Of a stretch of DNA of 64,000 bases, positions 8,925-18,411 are shown one piece after another. Position 1 is the stretch's first letter; each line of letters starts with the position of its first letter. The translations under genes and the position numbers were made by a program. Where the stretch lies: sequence record NC_010811.2; one strand, written 5' to 3'. The notes under the pieces were generated by a model. That model was not told the origin of the DNA. It ran no database searches and saw only the letters and a list, made by a program, of their open reading frames with translations.

Positions 8925-11900
8925 ATGGCGAATCCAACAATGGTGCGCGCTGACGCAACACGTCTGCGTCCGACGACCAACCTCATCATTCCACCGGGAC
9001 TCACTCTCCCGCGTAAGGAACTGAAGCAGAACTTCATGTACGTGTACACCGGCGCCTTCACGGGCACGGGCAGCTCGTTCATGACGCGTTTGTGGGCTTC
9101 CTCTTTCTTCCCGAGCCTCACCAACAGTCCGAAGTTTGGCAAGACTCGTCCTCGCGCGGTTGCCGATGGGCTGGCCAAAGAACTGCCGATGAACTTCCTG
9201 CGGCTGAAGAAGGTGGACACGCCGAACGATCCGCACTTCGTGGCCAGCGTTCCGCTGTATCAGTTCGCGTCGCATAGCAGCGAACGCACGCTGCGCTTCC
9301 TCATGGACCTGTTCATGGGCCAGCGCTGGTCCAAGACCTTGATCCAGCACACCGCCGAGCAACTGGATGAGGTGAAGGAGTGGAACCAGCAAGCGGCAGA
9401 AGCGCCGAAGGACCAACTGAGCGAGCGCGTGCTGCCCGCATCCCACGTCATCAACAACATGCGGCTGGACGCTATGGGCAGCGAAGCGCTGCGTCAGTGT
9501 CTGCTGCAAGTGCGGATCCAGTCCAAGGGTCTGTACAACGTGATCTTTGCTGACTTCAAGATCCGCAAGGAAGAAGCTCAGCAGCTGACGACCACGGAAT
9601 GGTCGATGCTGCGGTCTATCGACCTGTATCCGTTGCTCCTGCACTGGGTGCGTACCACCTTCGGTGATCGTGGACAGGCGCCGGTCGCGAGCTTCCCGGT
9701 CTCGAAGATCGCGTTCAGCCTTCCGCCGTCGCATGTGGAAAGCGCTCGCGTCAACGACCTCGGCATTTCCGTGGGTCCTGACGGTGCTCCGTACTTCCTA
9801 CCCCGGTCAGTGGACAAGAACCAGACCATCCTGTACGAAGATCGTTACACGGGAGCGGGCACTCGCAACGACGGCAGCTTTGCGCTATTGGATACAGAGC
9901 AGGGCGCCGAAGCGATGAGCTCGGGCCACGAGCCGAAGACCAAGCTGCCGCACAACATGGTGGTAGCCGTCGACTGGCTGAACAACAAGTACAGCTACAC
10001 GAACACCGAAGGCATGCTGTCGGTGATGGACCTCACGCGATTCCAGCCGGCGAACGTGGCGCACATCCACGAGCTGCTGCATTCGCGATCCATCAACGAG
10101 AAGCACGTGTCGTGGTTTGTGTCGCTGGGCGAAGCCGCAGGCGTGCCGCTTACCGCCTTCGAGACGCTGCCGTCGGATTTGGAGGACGTGCAATCCGAGA
10201 CGATGAAGGAAACGCTGAGCCGCACCGCAGGTCCTCTGCTGTGGTTCAAGACCGCTCGTCAGTCGTATGCGCAGGACATCAACGATCTGGTGCCCTTCGC
10301 GTCGATCTCGGTGAACGGCTATAGCGCGATGCGTCCGCTGGCACGCTACTTCAAGCTGATCGAAGCGGCTGTGCGCAACAACATCGAACCCGTCTACCTG
10401 AAGTACAGTGTGATGACGGTGGCCGAGATGTTCTCGTGGCTGGTGCTCATCACGCACTACACAGACGATCTGCCGCGACTCAAGGCTGACGACGCAGCGT
10501 ATCGCCATGCCGCGCTCAATCAGCGCGTGGACCCGGACTACGAAGTTCCGAGCATCCCGCTGATGGCCCCAAACATGGGCTTCCTGCCGCACCAGAAGAA
10601 GGTGCGCAACCTGATGAAGGACAGCCCGGACTTCGCAATCATGCCGGTGCAGACGGGCGGCGGCAAGTCCATCCTTCTGCTGACCGACCTGCTGCTGGAG
10701 TTCAAGGCCAATCGCAACGAACCATATCTGGTGTTGTGTCCGTCGCACTTGGTGCCCAACTACGTGAAGGAAGCAGTGTACTTCACGGGCGGCAAGCTCA
10801 ACGTGATCGCCATCACCAATCCGGCCATCCGCCAGAACGGCTGGAAGCGGTTGCAGGCCATCATGATGGCGGCACCTCGCAACACGGTCGTGGTTGTGGC
10901 GCTGGACACGTTGAAGTTCCGTCCGCGTACTGTGTCGTACGGCACGACTCCGGTCGACGTGTTCCCGGTCATCGACTTCCTGCGTCAGTTCAAGTTCGGC
11001 TACGTGGCAATCGACGAGGCACACCGCATCAAGGGAGCGACTGCTCGCAACAAGTCAGTGATGGCACTGGTCGCTGACATTCCGAAGAAGCGTCTGGCGT
11101 CGGGCACCTTCGTGCACGATTCGCCGTCGGACTTGGCGATGACCATCGCTGCGTTGGATCCCACGCTGTTTGGTACGCGCGAGGAATTCAACGACAAGTA
11201 CGGGTTGGAGGTGCGTGGAGGCCGCGTTATCAAGTGGAAGCCCAACGCACAGCGCGAGATCATGCAGAAGATCCGCAGCCGCGTGGTGATCGCCGGTGCA
11301 ATGCGCAAGGAATGGGCTGCGTTCCTGCCCAAGAAGGTGGAATGGGTTGGTGGTGTCAACTTGACTCCGGCGCAGCAAGCAGTGTACGAAGATCTGTTGA
11401 ACAAGGTCATCGAGCAGATCGAGCAGGACGCCAAGACCAACAAGGCGTTGCAGGACTTCGTGAAGGGACGCCACGCCAAGGACAACGTCCGTGACGATGA
11501 AGCGGACGTGGAAGCCGAGGACGAAGTCGAAGACGAACGCGACGATGTGGATGAGGACGCTGGTGAAGATCTCAGCGCCATGCTCAACCCGTATCTCGCA
11601 CGCCTCGAACAGTTCTTGGTGGCACCGGGCAGCGATCCTTTGGGTGCAGCACTGCTCAAGGGTGAAGACCTGCTGAGCCCGAAGGTTGCGCTCATCTACA
11701 AGCGAATCCGCCTACACCTTGAGGGCGGTGAAGCTGATGGCAAACCATACGGTCCGTTCCCAGGCAAGGTCATCGTGTTCTGCAATCAGGTGGCCGCAGC
11801 CGAAGAGATCTTCAACAGCGCACCGCCTGATCTGAAGAAGAGTGGTCTGCTGTACAAGGCCAGCGACAAGGTGGAAATCCTGTCGCAGCTGGAGAACAAC

Positions 11901-13592
11901 CCCAACAAGAAGTGGGTGGTGGGTGTTGGTCAGTCGATGGAAGAAGGGCTGAACCTCCAGTTCGCGTCGCGTATCATCCGTGCGTCTACGGTGTGGAACC
12001 CCGGCAACCTCGAACAGTCCAATGCTCGTATCGAGCGTCCGGAGTTCAAGAAGGCCGAGACCCGTCCACAGATCTTCTTCGACACGATCGTTGCCAACCG
12101 TACGTTCGACATCTCGAAGACGGCGCGTCTCATCGCGAAGGTGATCGCCGCTGCCAAGTTCGAGAACGCGGACAGCCATCTGTACGACGAGATTCCGGAT
12201 GTGCCGGTCATTCCGATGACGCTGGACACGATCCGTACGATGAACACGTGGGAACGTGTCAGCGATACGAATCCGGGCTTGGTCGAGTACATGAAGGCGT
12301 TGCAGGTGTACCAGGAGGTTCGCAACAAGGACTACGATCAGTACAAGGAGGACTACATCAAGAAGTACGGTGAAGGTCCTGTCATGTCGCCGATCGAAGT
12401 CGCGCCGACGCCGCCGGATTCCAAGCTGCTCAAGTACACTCCGTACGTTCCAGGTCTCGGCCTGTACAACGAGAAGGAGTTGGGCCTCGTACGTCTGGAC
12501 GAAGCCATGAACGTGGTGACCACGGACGAAGAGGAGGAAGACGACGAGAAGGAAGTGCCGGAAGGGTATGTGGATCCGGCCATCGTCCAGCGCGTCAACG
12601 AGCTGAACGGCAGTCTTGCGCATACCGAATGGGGCGACGGCTACATCCGTGGTCTGCGTCCGGGTGCCAAGATGGTGACGGTAGAACTGCTGAACGGCTA
12701 TCGTGTTCGCGTGCAGCGGTCGCAGGTGTTCGTTGTGGGCCGCGCACTGACCTCGAACAAGGACATCCGCAACCAGATCCTGAAGGCGATCGGCGATCTT
12801 CCGGTGAGCACGCCAGCCGAAGTGCCAGCAGATCGCTGGATTCCGAGTACCAAAGCACTCGAGATCCAGAAGAAGCAGGCAGACAAGCTGCGTCAGAAGG
12901 AAGAGAAGCAAGAGCAGAAGGAGAAGGAATCGGCGCTCAACATCGAGCTCACCCTGTTCGTTGCCAACGGCTTCTTGGGCATCGACTATCTGCTGGACGA
13001 CGAGAACCACATGGCTACTCGCGTGTTGCAGGCAGCAGGCTTCCGTACGACCCCGGAGTACTACTATTCCAAGGTCGTGAACGCCAAGGCGCTCGAGAAT
13101 CAGTTCGCACTGTGGGCAGAGAAGGGTCTGCAGATCGACCCAATCGTGCTGAAGCAAGGTGTGGGCGACGCGTTCAACGAGATGCTGCGTCTGCTGAAGG
13201 CGGGCTTGGTGCGCAATCACACCGAGACCTACAAGGCAACGCGTCAAGCGCAGGTCGTCAACTTCTACCGGCTGGAACATCGTCCGAGCAACAAGAAGGA
13301 ACTGTTCAAGCCCTACCCGATCATTCAGGATGGTGTGGCGTACATCGCACTCCCTGCAACTGGTCAGGCAGCGACGCGACTGGCAATGCAGTACAAGCGT
13401 CCGTCGTATAAGTGGATCAAGAGCGAACCGACGCTGTCCTACTTCGGTTCCTTCCAACAGGTGGTGAGCATGCTGCAGAAGCTGGAAGCGCAGGGTGTGC
13501 ACATTTCCAACAAGAAGGAGCTGAACAAGGAACTGAGCCGCTTGAAGTTGATGAAAGTGCGCAAGGTCGAGGACGATAAGGCGCTTGTCTAA
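8925..13592 (+). CDS. Large SWI2/SNF2-family ATPase/helicase (1555 aa) with a Tudor-like insert
   Basis: Motif I VQTGGGKS, motif II IDEAH, motif III-like LASGT, HelicC region (VIVFC..., EGLNLQFASRII, WNPGNLEQSNARIER). About 540-aa unknown N-terminus; AHTEWGDGYI..VTVELLNG resembles a Tudor/SH3-like domain. Confidence 0.8.
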   Translation: MANPTMVRADATRLRPTTNLIIPPGLTLPRKELKQNFMYVYTGAFTGTGSSFMTRLWASSFFPSLTNSPKFGKTRPRAVADGLAKELPMNFLRLKKVDTPNDPHFVASVPLYQFASHSSERTLRFLMDLFMGQRWSKTLIQHTAEQLDEVKEWNQQAAEAPKDQLSERVLPASHVINNMRLDAMGSEALRQCLLQVRIQSKGLYNVIFADFKIRKEEAQQLTTTEWSMLRSIDLYPLLLHWVRTTFGDRGQAPVASFPVSKIAFSLPPSHVESARVNDLGISVGPDGAPYFLPRSVDKNQTILYEDRYTGAGTRNDGSFALLDTEQGAEAMSSGHEPKTKLPHNMVVAVDWLNNKYSYTNTEGMLSVMDLTRFQPANVAHIHELLHSRSINEKHVSWFVSLGEAAGVPLTAFETLPSDLEDVQSETMKETLSRTAGPLLWFKTARQSYAQDINDLVPFASISVNGYSAMRPLARYFKLIEAAVRNNIEPVYLKYSVMTVAEMFSWLVLITHYTDDLPRLKADDAAYRHAALNQRVDPDYEVPSIPLMAPNMGFLPHQKKVRNLMKDSPDFAIMPVQTGGGKSILLLTDLLLEFKANRNEPYLVLCPSHLVPNYVKEAVYFTGGKLNVIAITNPAIRQNGWKRLQAIMMAAPRNTVVVVALDTLKFRPRTVSYGTTPVDVFPVIDFLRQFKFGYVAIDEAHRIKGATARNKSVMALVADIPKKRLASGTFVHDSPSDLAMTIAALDPTLFGTREEFNDKYGLEVRGGRVIKWKPNAQREIMQKIRSRVVIAGAMRKEWAAFLPKKVEWVGGVNLTPAQQAVYEDLLNKVIEQIEQDAKTNKALQDFVKGRHAKDNVRDDEADVEAEDEVEDERDDVDEDAGEDLSAMLNPYLARLEQFLVAPGSDPLGAALLKGEDLLSPKVALIYKRIRLHLEGGEADGKPYGPFPGKVIVFCNQVAAAEEIFNSAPPDLKKSGLLYKASDKVEILSQLENNPNKKWVVGVGQSMEEGLNLQFASRIIRASTVWNPGNLEQSNARIERPEFKKAETRPQIFFDTIVANRTFDISKTARLIAKVIAAAKFENADSHLYDEIPDVPVIPMTLDTIRTMNTWERVSDTNPGLVEYMKALQVYQEVRNKDYDQYKEDYIKKYGEGPVMSPIEVAPTPPDSKLLKYTPYVPGLGLYNEKELGLVRLDEAMNVVTTDEEEEDDEKEVPEGYVDPAIVQRVNELNGSLAHTEWGDGYIRGLRPGAKMVTVELLNGYRVRVQRSQVFVVGRALTSNKDIRNQILKAIGDLPVSTPAEVPADRWIPSTKALEIQKKQADKLRQKEEKQEQKEKESALNIELTLFVANGFLGIDYLLDDENHMATRVLQAAGFRTTPEYYYSKVVNAKALENQFALWAEKGLQIDPIVLKQGVGDAFNEMLRLLKAGLVRNHTETYKATRQAQVVNFYRLEHRPSNKKELFKPYPIIQDGVAYIALPATGQAATRLAMQYKRPSYKWIKSEPTLSYFGSFQQVVSMLQKLEAQGVHISNKKELNKELSRLKLMKVRKVEDDKALV

Positions 13593-13598
13593 GTCTGC

Positions 13599-13606
13599 AA
13601 TTTGAT
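13599..13606 (+). promoter_or_regulatory. AATTTGAT motif (putative late promoter)
   Basis: CTGCAATTTGAT, about 57 nt before the ATG at 13664. Confidence 0.55.
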
Positions 13607-13663
13607 GGCGTTGGGCGGTTGCTTCCGCCCTCGCCCATCTACGTACCACTCAAGAGGATCAAC

Positions 13664-14143
13664 ATGAGCTTCGATTTCTCCAAGATCAAAGAAGCGGCTC
13701 GCGCCGCAGGCTACCTGCTGTCCGAAGGCGAGCACATCCTCGCGGAAGACTTCCAACATCTCGAGCACTGGGCCTTCTCGCACTTCGGTCTGAGCCGTCA
13801 AGACCTGCATTACGGTCTGGCGTATCCGGGCCTGCTGCCGAAGAACTTCCCGGGCCAGCCGGGTGCAGAACAAGCTCCCGCACCGGTTGCTGCTCCAATC
13901 CCGGAACCGACCAACGTGGAAGCTCCGGCTGCTGAACAAGCGCCGGACACACCGCAGGCACCGGAAGCGACGCCGGAACCGGCTGCTGAACAGGCACCGA
14001 CCCCGGAAGCTGCCCCGCAAGAACCGGCTGCTGAACAGCCTCCGGTCCAGGAACAGGCGCCGCAAGAACAACCGGCTGCTGAACAGCCTGCCGCTGAGCA
14101 AGCTCCGGCTGCTGAGCAACCGGCACAAGACGCTGCTCAATAA
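13664..14143 (+). CDS. Pro/Ala/Glu/Gln-rich low-complexity protein
   Basis: ATG after AAGAGGA. Folded-looking N-terminal ~60 aa followed by repeated PAAEQ/APE units. Confidence 0.65.
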   Translation: MSFDFSKIKEAARAAGYLLSEGEHILAEDFQHLEHWAFSHFGLSRQDLHYGLAYPGLLPKNFPGQPGAEQAPAPVAAPIPEPTNVEAPAAEQAPDTPQAPEATPEPAAEQAPTPEAAPQEPAAEQPPVQEQAPQEQPAAEQPAAEQAPAAEQPAQDAAQ

Positions 14144-14158
14144 TCTGGAGGCTAAGTC

Positions 14159-14557
14159 ATGGGCACCAAAGCTCTTGGGAACCGTGGCTCCTACTTCATG
14201 TCCGGCGCTGATGGTATCGGGGGCGTCGCTGTCCCCGACCCATCCGTCGGCTGGACGGCTGTCGTTAGCGAAGGCAGCGACGTCGTCCATCTCGGAGCCT
14301 CTGATTGTGCAGCGCCGAACGGTGGCGTTCGTGTTGGCTGGTCGTTCCAGGCGTCGGCTGGCGTGCAGATCGACATCTCGTGTGGTCCGCGTGCTAAGGC
14401 CGCTTCCAACGACCCCAATCAGAATCAGGGAGTTGTGTGGGACACGACCACGGTGGGCGCGCTGTCGGCCAATACCATCAAGACCATCACTTCCCCGTTC
14501 ACTGCAATCCGTATCACCTTTACCGGAGCAGCGGAAGTGTACATCTGCTCTCGCTAA
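14159..14557 (+). CDS. Hypothetical structural protein (beta-rich)
   Basis: GGAGG SD; 132 aa within the head operon. Confidence 0.55.
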   Translation: MGTKALGNRGSYFMSGADGIGGVAVPDPSVGWTAVVSEGSDVVHLGASDCAAPNGGVRVGWSFQASAGVQIDISCGPRAKAASNDPNQNQGVVWDTTTVGALSANTIKTITSPFTAIRITFTGAAEVYICSR

Positions 14558-14566
14558 GGAGGCGCT

Positions 14567-15367
14567 ATGGCAAAAGTGCCTCAAGCATTCACGCAGGCGA
14601 AGCGTGCGCAAGTGCGTAAGCCTCAGGTCGCATCCGAAACCTCGATGGAGGATGCAATCCTGACGCGTCAGGTCAACACCTATCAGCAATCCATCGAGAC
14701 GAAGGACGCGGAGCACGATCAGACGCTGCTGCACGGGTTGGATTTCACGACATGGTTGCCGTTCGCGGCTAAGACCTATCGTATCAGCCCGCGCATCGAG
14801 GACTACATCCTCGTCACGACCGTGATCTGTCCGTCGGAAATCCCGAACCGCAACGGCATCGCGTTCCCGACCTCGGAGCTGGTGACATTCCAGCCACCTC
14901 CGATGAACCGGATGGTGTACAAGGCGTGGGCTGGATGTCCGGTGCATCTGGAACACGATAACGAAGTTCACGAACGAGCCTACGGCGTGATCCTCGACAC
15001 GTCGTTCCACAAGGTGGAAGGCTACGGTGGCGGCAGCATCTGGAAGGTCATGGGGCTTCTGGCAATCGACAAGCAGAAGAATCCGGACATCGCCCAGGAA
15101 GTGCTGCAAGGGTCGATCGACACGTACTCCATGGGTGCGCTGGTTGACTACTTCACGTGCGGATACTGCGGAGCGGAGAACACTGGTCGCAATCGCTGTT
15201 CGCACATCACGTCTATCAAGGACGTGAACTTCAACCTGCACAAGGACTGGAATGGGAAGTCGCATCTCTCGTTCCTCAATGCGCATGGCATTCAACCGAT
15301 CGAGTGCTCCATCGTCCGTGATCCGGCGTGGGCTCCTGCACTCAGCGACGCCGTGAGGGAGTGGTGA
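14567..15367 (+). CDS. Putative prohead maturation protease with a Cys/His zinc-finger insert
   Basis: PNRNG.AF, PVHLEH, YSMG (candidate nucleophile Ser), CGYCG..RCSH and ECSIVRDPA resemble HK97/assemblin-type prohead proteases; lies upstream of the scaffold and MCP. Confidence 0.65.
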   Translation: MAKVPQAFTQAKRAQVRKPQVASETSMEDAILTRQVNTYQQSIETKDAEHDQTLLHGLDFTTWLPFAAKTYRISPRIEDYILVTTVICPSEIPNRNGIAFPTSELVTFQPPPMNRMVYKAWAGCPVHLEHDNEVHERAYGVILDTSFHKVEGYGGGSIWKVMGLLAIDKQKNPDIAQEVLQGSIDTYSMGALVDYFTCGYCGAENTGRNRCSHITSIKDVNFNLHKDWNGKSHLSFLNAHGIQPIECSIVRDPAWAPALSDAVREW

Positions 15368-15828
15368 TGTACGAGATCAAAGCGGCGGTTGACCGCCTGA
15401 AAGCAACGGAGGTCGTCGCTGGATACAGTGGCACGAAAGTCGGTGACCTCAACAAATATGTCCGCGCCCTGAACCCGAAAGTCAAACCCATTGGCAACTC
15501 GGGTATGGGCGGCGGTGGTCGTGCTGGTGAAGCTGCGTGCTTGGTATCGGCCGAAGACGCATTGGATTTGGTGAACGCCCTGATCAAAGACGGATGGACA
15601 GGACGCCGTACTTCGAAGAGGGCCGGTCCTCCAGGACGAGAAGCTACGAAGTACGAGTACATGATCTACCGTCCGAAGGACGATCTTCCGGGTCTTCCGT
15701 ACATCACCGTGTCGAAGCCCGCGTCCGATGGCAAATGTCGTATCCGCTTGAGCCAGGAAACTGCTGCTGCAATTCGTTCGCGTCGCAACAGCAAGTTCAT
15801 GTTCAATCCGGTCAAGCGTTACAAGTAA
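15367..15828 (+). CDS. Small basic hypothetical protein with AAxxRL leader
   Basis: MYEIKAAVDRLKATEVVA; start overlaps the protease stop. Confidence 0.65.
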   Translation: MYEIKAAVDRLKATEVVAGYSGTKVGDLNKYVRALNPKVKPIGNSGMGGGGRAGEAACLVSAEDALDLVNALIKDGWTGRRTSKRAGPPGREATKYEYMIYRPKDDLPGLPYITVSKPASDGKCRIRLSQETAAAIRSRRNSKFMFNPVKRYK

Positions 15829-15864
15829 TGAGTTCCTTGTCAGCTGACGAACAGCTGATCTTCA

Positions 15865-15901
15865 GACCCCGCCCTGCGCAAGCTCGGCGGGGTTTCTTTT
15901 T
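15865..15901 (+). terminator. Intrinsic terminator
   Basis: ACCCCGCC...GGCGGGGT stem followed by TTCTTTTT. Confidence 0.7.
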
Positions 15902-15922
15902 GACTAAAATCCCCCGTTCTGC

Positions 15923-15930
15923 AATTTGAC
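15923..15930 (+). promoter_or_regulatory. AATTTGAC variant (putative late promoter)
   Basis: CTGCAATTTGAC immediately after the terminator, about 73 nt before the ATG at 16004. Confidence 0.45.
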
Positions 15931-16003
15931 AATAGCGACAGGTTCAGAATGCGCGCGCAACCTAAATCTGCCTCGTTCCATCAATCTTCCTAGAGAGGAC
16001 TCT

Positions 16004-17554
16004 ATGGCCATTGGCACCCGCAAGAAGCGCGTGTTGGCAGCTAAGGACTTCAGCGGTCCGGGCTCCACCACCCACTTCCCCAACGATGAGAAGATGGCGG
16101 ACGTCAAGTCCGACGTCGAAGTCAAGAACAACCAGGATCCGCAGGACCTGCTGATCGATCCGGATGACGAGTCGGGTTCGACTCACTTCCGCAACGAGGA
16201 GAAGCTCAACGACAAGTCGAAGGGCAATCCCGCAACCGCCAAGGCCGTCAAGACCACGGCTGCCGAGGTGGACGTGGAACACGACGAAGCCGAAGGCTAC
16301 ACGCAAGACCTGTCGGCGCTGGACGAAGGTCTGCCGAAGAAGGGCGATGAAGCCGATCTGAAGGCAAGCACCAAGACCACCGCCGCCGAAGACTGCGACG
16401 ACAAGGGTCCGCAAGCTACCACGCACAGCCCGAACGGTGACGACGTGGCCGAGCCGGCGGAAGGCTACCTGACGAACGCTGAACTCGAAGACCTGGACGA
16501 AGAGTTCGAGGACGAAGAGGAAGTGGACGCAGACGCACTGGCCGACGACGCGGGCCAGAACCCGCAGCAATCGCTGCTGGACGTGACCGACGAGCTGGAA
16601 GAAGTCGACGCCGAGATGGAAATGGGTGACGACGAGCACGAGTTCACGGACGACGTGGAAGAAGACGACATCGCGGAAGCGGACGTCGACAGCATGCCGA
16701 TCCTGGACGTGGACGACGCCGACGATGACGGCGACGACGTGGTGTTCGCCAGCGTCGGCAATCGCCTGCACGTGATCAAGGGCAACCGCATCGTCGCTTC
16801 GATGGGCAAGAAGCTGGCAGCCAAGGCCAGTGTCGAGGACCTGTACCTGAGCGAGCAATTCCAAGACGCCTCGTACGCCGAGTTCTCGAAGCACGGCCTG
16901 CGCGCTGGTCTCCGCAAGATGGGCTTCGCTCTGGCCACGGTTGACGTGGCGAAGAACGAGCTGATCAACAAGCGCGTGGAAGCCAAGGCCAAGAAGGTGA
17001 CGGCTGCTGTTCGTCGTACGGCGCAAGCGTCGAACGATGCGCTGGGCCAATGCTTGGCGATCGCTGCAGTCGGCATCAACCGTCAGTACTTCAAGGACTC
17101 GCGCAACGAACTGCGCGCTGCTCTCGAAAGCGAACTGGCGGCTGCTGGTGTGCGCGGTGCACGTCAACTGCTGAAGACCGTGTTTGCCAAGCATGGCGTG
17201 TCCTACGCCAAGGACATCCTGACGCTGGCCAACTCGCTGGTCACCAAGCCGGAAGAAGTGCGCAACGCCTACGCTGAAGCTCTGGACCTGACGTCGGACG
17301 GCGAAGTCGAGGAGCTGGATGACATGGAAGGCGACGAGTTCGGTCAGCCGGCCAATCCGGACTTCATGACGGAAGCCGACCAGGACGAAGACTTCGTGGA
17401 TGAGTTCGAAGAAGAGATCGAAGCCCCGGAAACGGTGCATGCAGCTCTGGCACGACCCATCCATCGTCGTCAGAAGGTTCAGGCTGCCAGCTACTCGTCC
17501 GGCGCACAAGCTGTGCTGGCGGGCACGGCCAAGCTGCCGTTTGCGCAGTTCTAA
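16004..17554 (+). CDS. Putative prohead scaffold/core protein
   Basis: ATG after GAGAGGA. Very acidic N-terminal half and helical C-terminal half; lies between the protease and capsid genes; repeated TTAA/VTAA/VQAA motifs. Confidence 0.6.
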   Translation: MAIGTRKKRVLAAKDFSGPGSTTHFPNDEKMADVKSDVEVKNNQDPQDLLIDPDDESGSTHFRNEEKLNDKSKGNPATAKAVKTTAAEVDVEHDEAEGYTQDLSALDEGLPKKGDEADLKASTKTTAAEDCDDKGPQATTHSPNGDDVAEPAEGYLTNAELEDLDEEFEDEEEVDADALADDAGQNPQQSLLDVTDELEEVDAEMEMGDDEHEFTDDVEEDDIAEADVDSMPILDVDDADDDGDDVVFASVGNRLHVIKGNRIVASMGKKLAAKASVEDLYLSEQFQDASYAEFSKHGLRAGLRKMGFALATVDVAKNELINKRVEAKAKKVTAAVRRTAQASNDALGQCLAIAAVGINRQYFKDSRNELRAALESELAAAGVRGARQLLKTVFAKHGVSYAKDILTLANSLVTKPEEVRNAYAEALDLTSDGEVEELDDMEGDEFGQPANPDFMTEADQDEDFVDEFEEEIEAPETVHAALARPIHRRQKVQAASYSSGAQAVLAGTAKLPFAQF

Positions 17555-17567
17555 ACCCACAACCTGC

Positions 17568-17575
17568 ATTTTGAT
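17568..17575 (+). promoter_or_regulatory. ATTTTGAT variant (putative late promoter)
   Basis: CTGCATTTTGAT, about 62 nt before the ATG at 17638. Confidence 0.4.
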
Positions 17576-17637
17576 GGTGAGGGGCAGCGTCCAGCGGATG
17601 CAGGTCCCCACCAGAATTCTTCCCTTGGAGATTGAAT

Positions 17638-18378
17638 ATGATTTCTCGTCCGCTGACTCGTGTCGTTAACTCGGCCGAAATGAATGTGGCTCCGGGCGCT
17701 GTCATCCTGGCTGAAGGTCAGGCTCTGGTCCGCGCGAACGGCAATCTGCCTGCTGGCGTTCTGCCGGCCACCGGTACTGCAACCGACGTGTTCATGGGCT
17801 TCGCGTTCGCCGGTACCTCGGCTTACCCGTTCCCGGAACAGTACACCAACAAGGTCGAAAGCTTCATCGCTCCGGCCGCTGGCAACACCATCACGCTGAG
17901 CCAGACCCCGATCGCCGGTCAAGTGTTCATCCTGGATACGACCAACGGCACGCCGCTGGTTGCTGGCACCGACTTCACCGTGGCAGGCAACGTCGTCACG
18001 CTGTCGGGTACCAAGTTCAAGGCTGGCGACACGCTGGCTGTGACCTACAAGTACTCCATGACCGTGGTCCAGGCCGCTGCTCTGATGGGCAACACCCAGC
18101 CGGGCGGCTACGCGGGTGCCTACGTCGGTCAGATCGGTGTCGTGACGCGTGGCGTCGTGTACACGTCGGAATTCGACGCATCGGCTTCGTGGGCCACCGC
18201 GACCAAGAACACCGGCGGCGCTCTCGCAGCGACCGACATCGTTCTGGGTGCCAACGGCCAGCTCACGCTGCACGGCACGACCGCTGGCGCCAACGGCGTT
18301 GCGTTCCCGGGCGTCGTGATCGCTGTTCCTGGCGAATCGTACCCGTTCCTGGGTGTCGACTTCTCGGCTGCTGTCTAA
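17638..18378 (+). CDS. Putative head decoration/capsid-stabilising protein
   Basis: Directly upstream of the MCP with strong codon bias; G/A/T-rich and beta-structured; GGAG SD. Confidence 0.5.
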   Translation: MISRPLTRVVNSAEMNVAPGAVILAEGQALVRANGNLPAGVLPATGTATDVFMGFAFAGTSAYPFPEQYTNKVESFIAPAAGNTITLSQTPIAGQVFILDTTNGTPLVAGTDFTVAGNVVTLSGTKFKAGDTLAVTYKYSMTVVQAAALMGNTQPGGYAGAYVGQIGVVTRGVVYTSEFDASASWATATKNTGGALAATDIVLGANGQLTLHGTTAGANGVAFPGVVIAVPGESYPFLGVDFSAAV

Positions 18379-18411
18379 TAGACCGGCCTCAACAAACATC
18401 TGGAGCTAAAC

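Noticed and set aside
11712-13649. Long antisense ORFs (for example 19-1242, 5936-7555, 11712-13649, 15962-17611, 21132-22988, 51286-53400)
   Set aside because: They lie opposite genes with recognisable motifs and read as codon-bias shadows typical of high-GC DNA, with no motifs or SD sites.
17560-17615. Riboswitch-like leader before the decoration gene
   Set aside because: Competing inverted repeats are visible (ACCTGCAT/ATGCAGGT and TGGTGAGGGG/CCCCACCA), but one arm lies upstream of the presumed transcription start and no known aptamer is recognisable.
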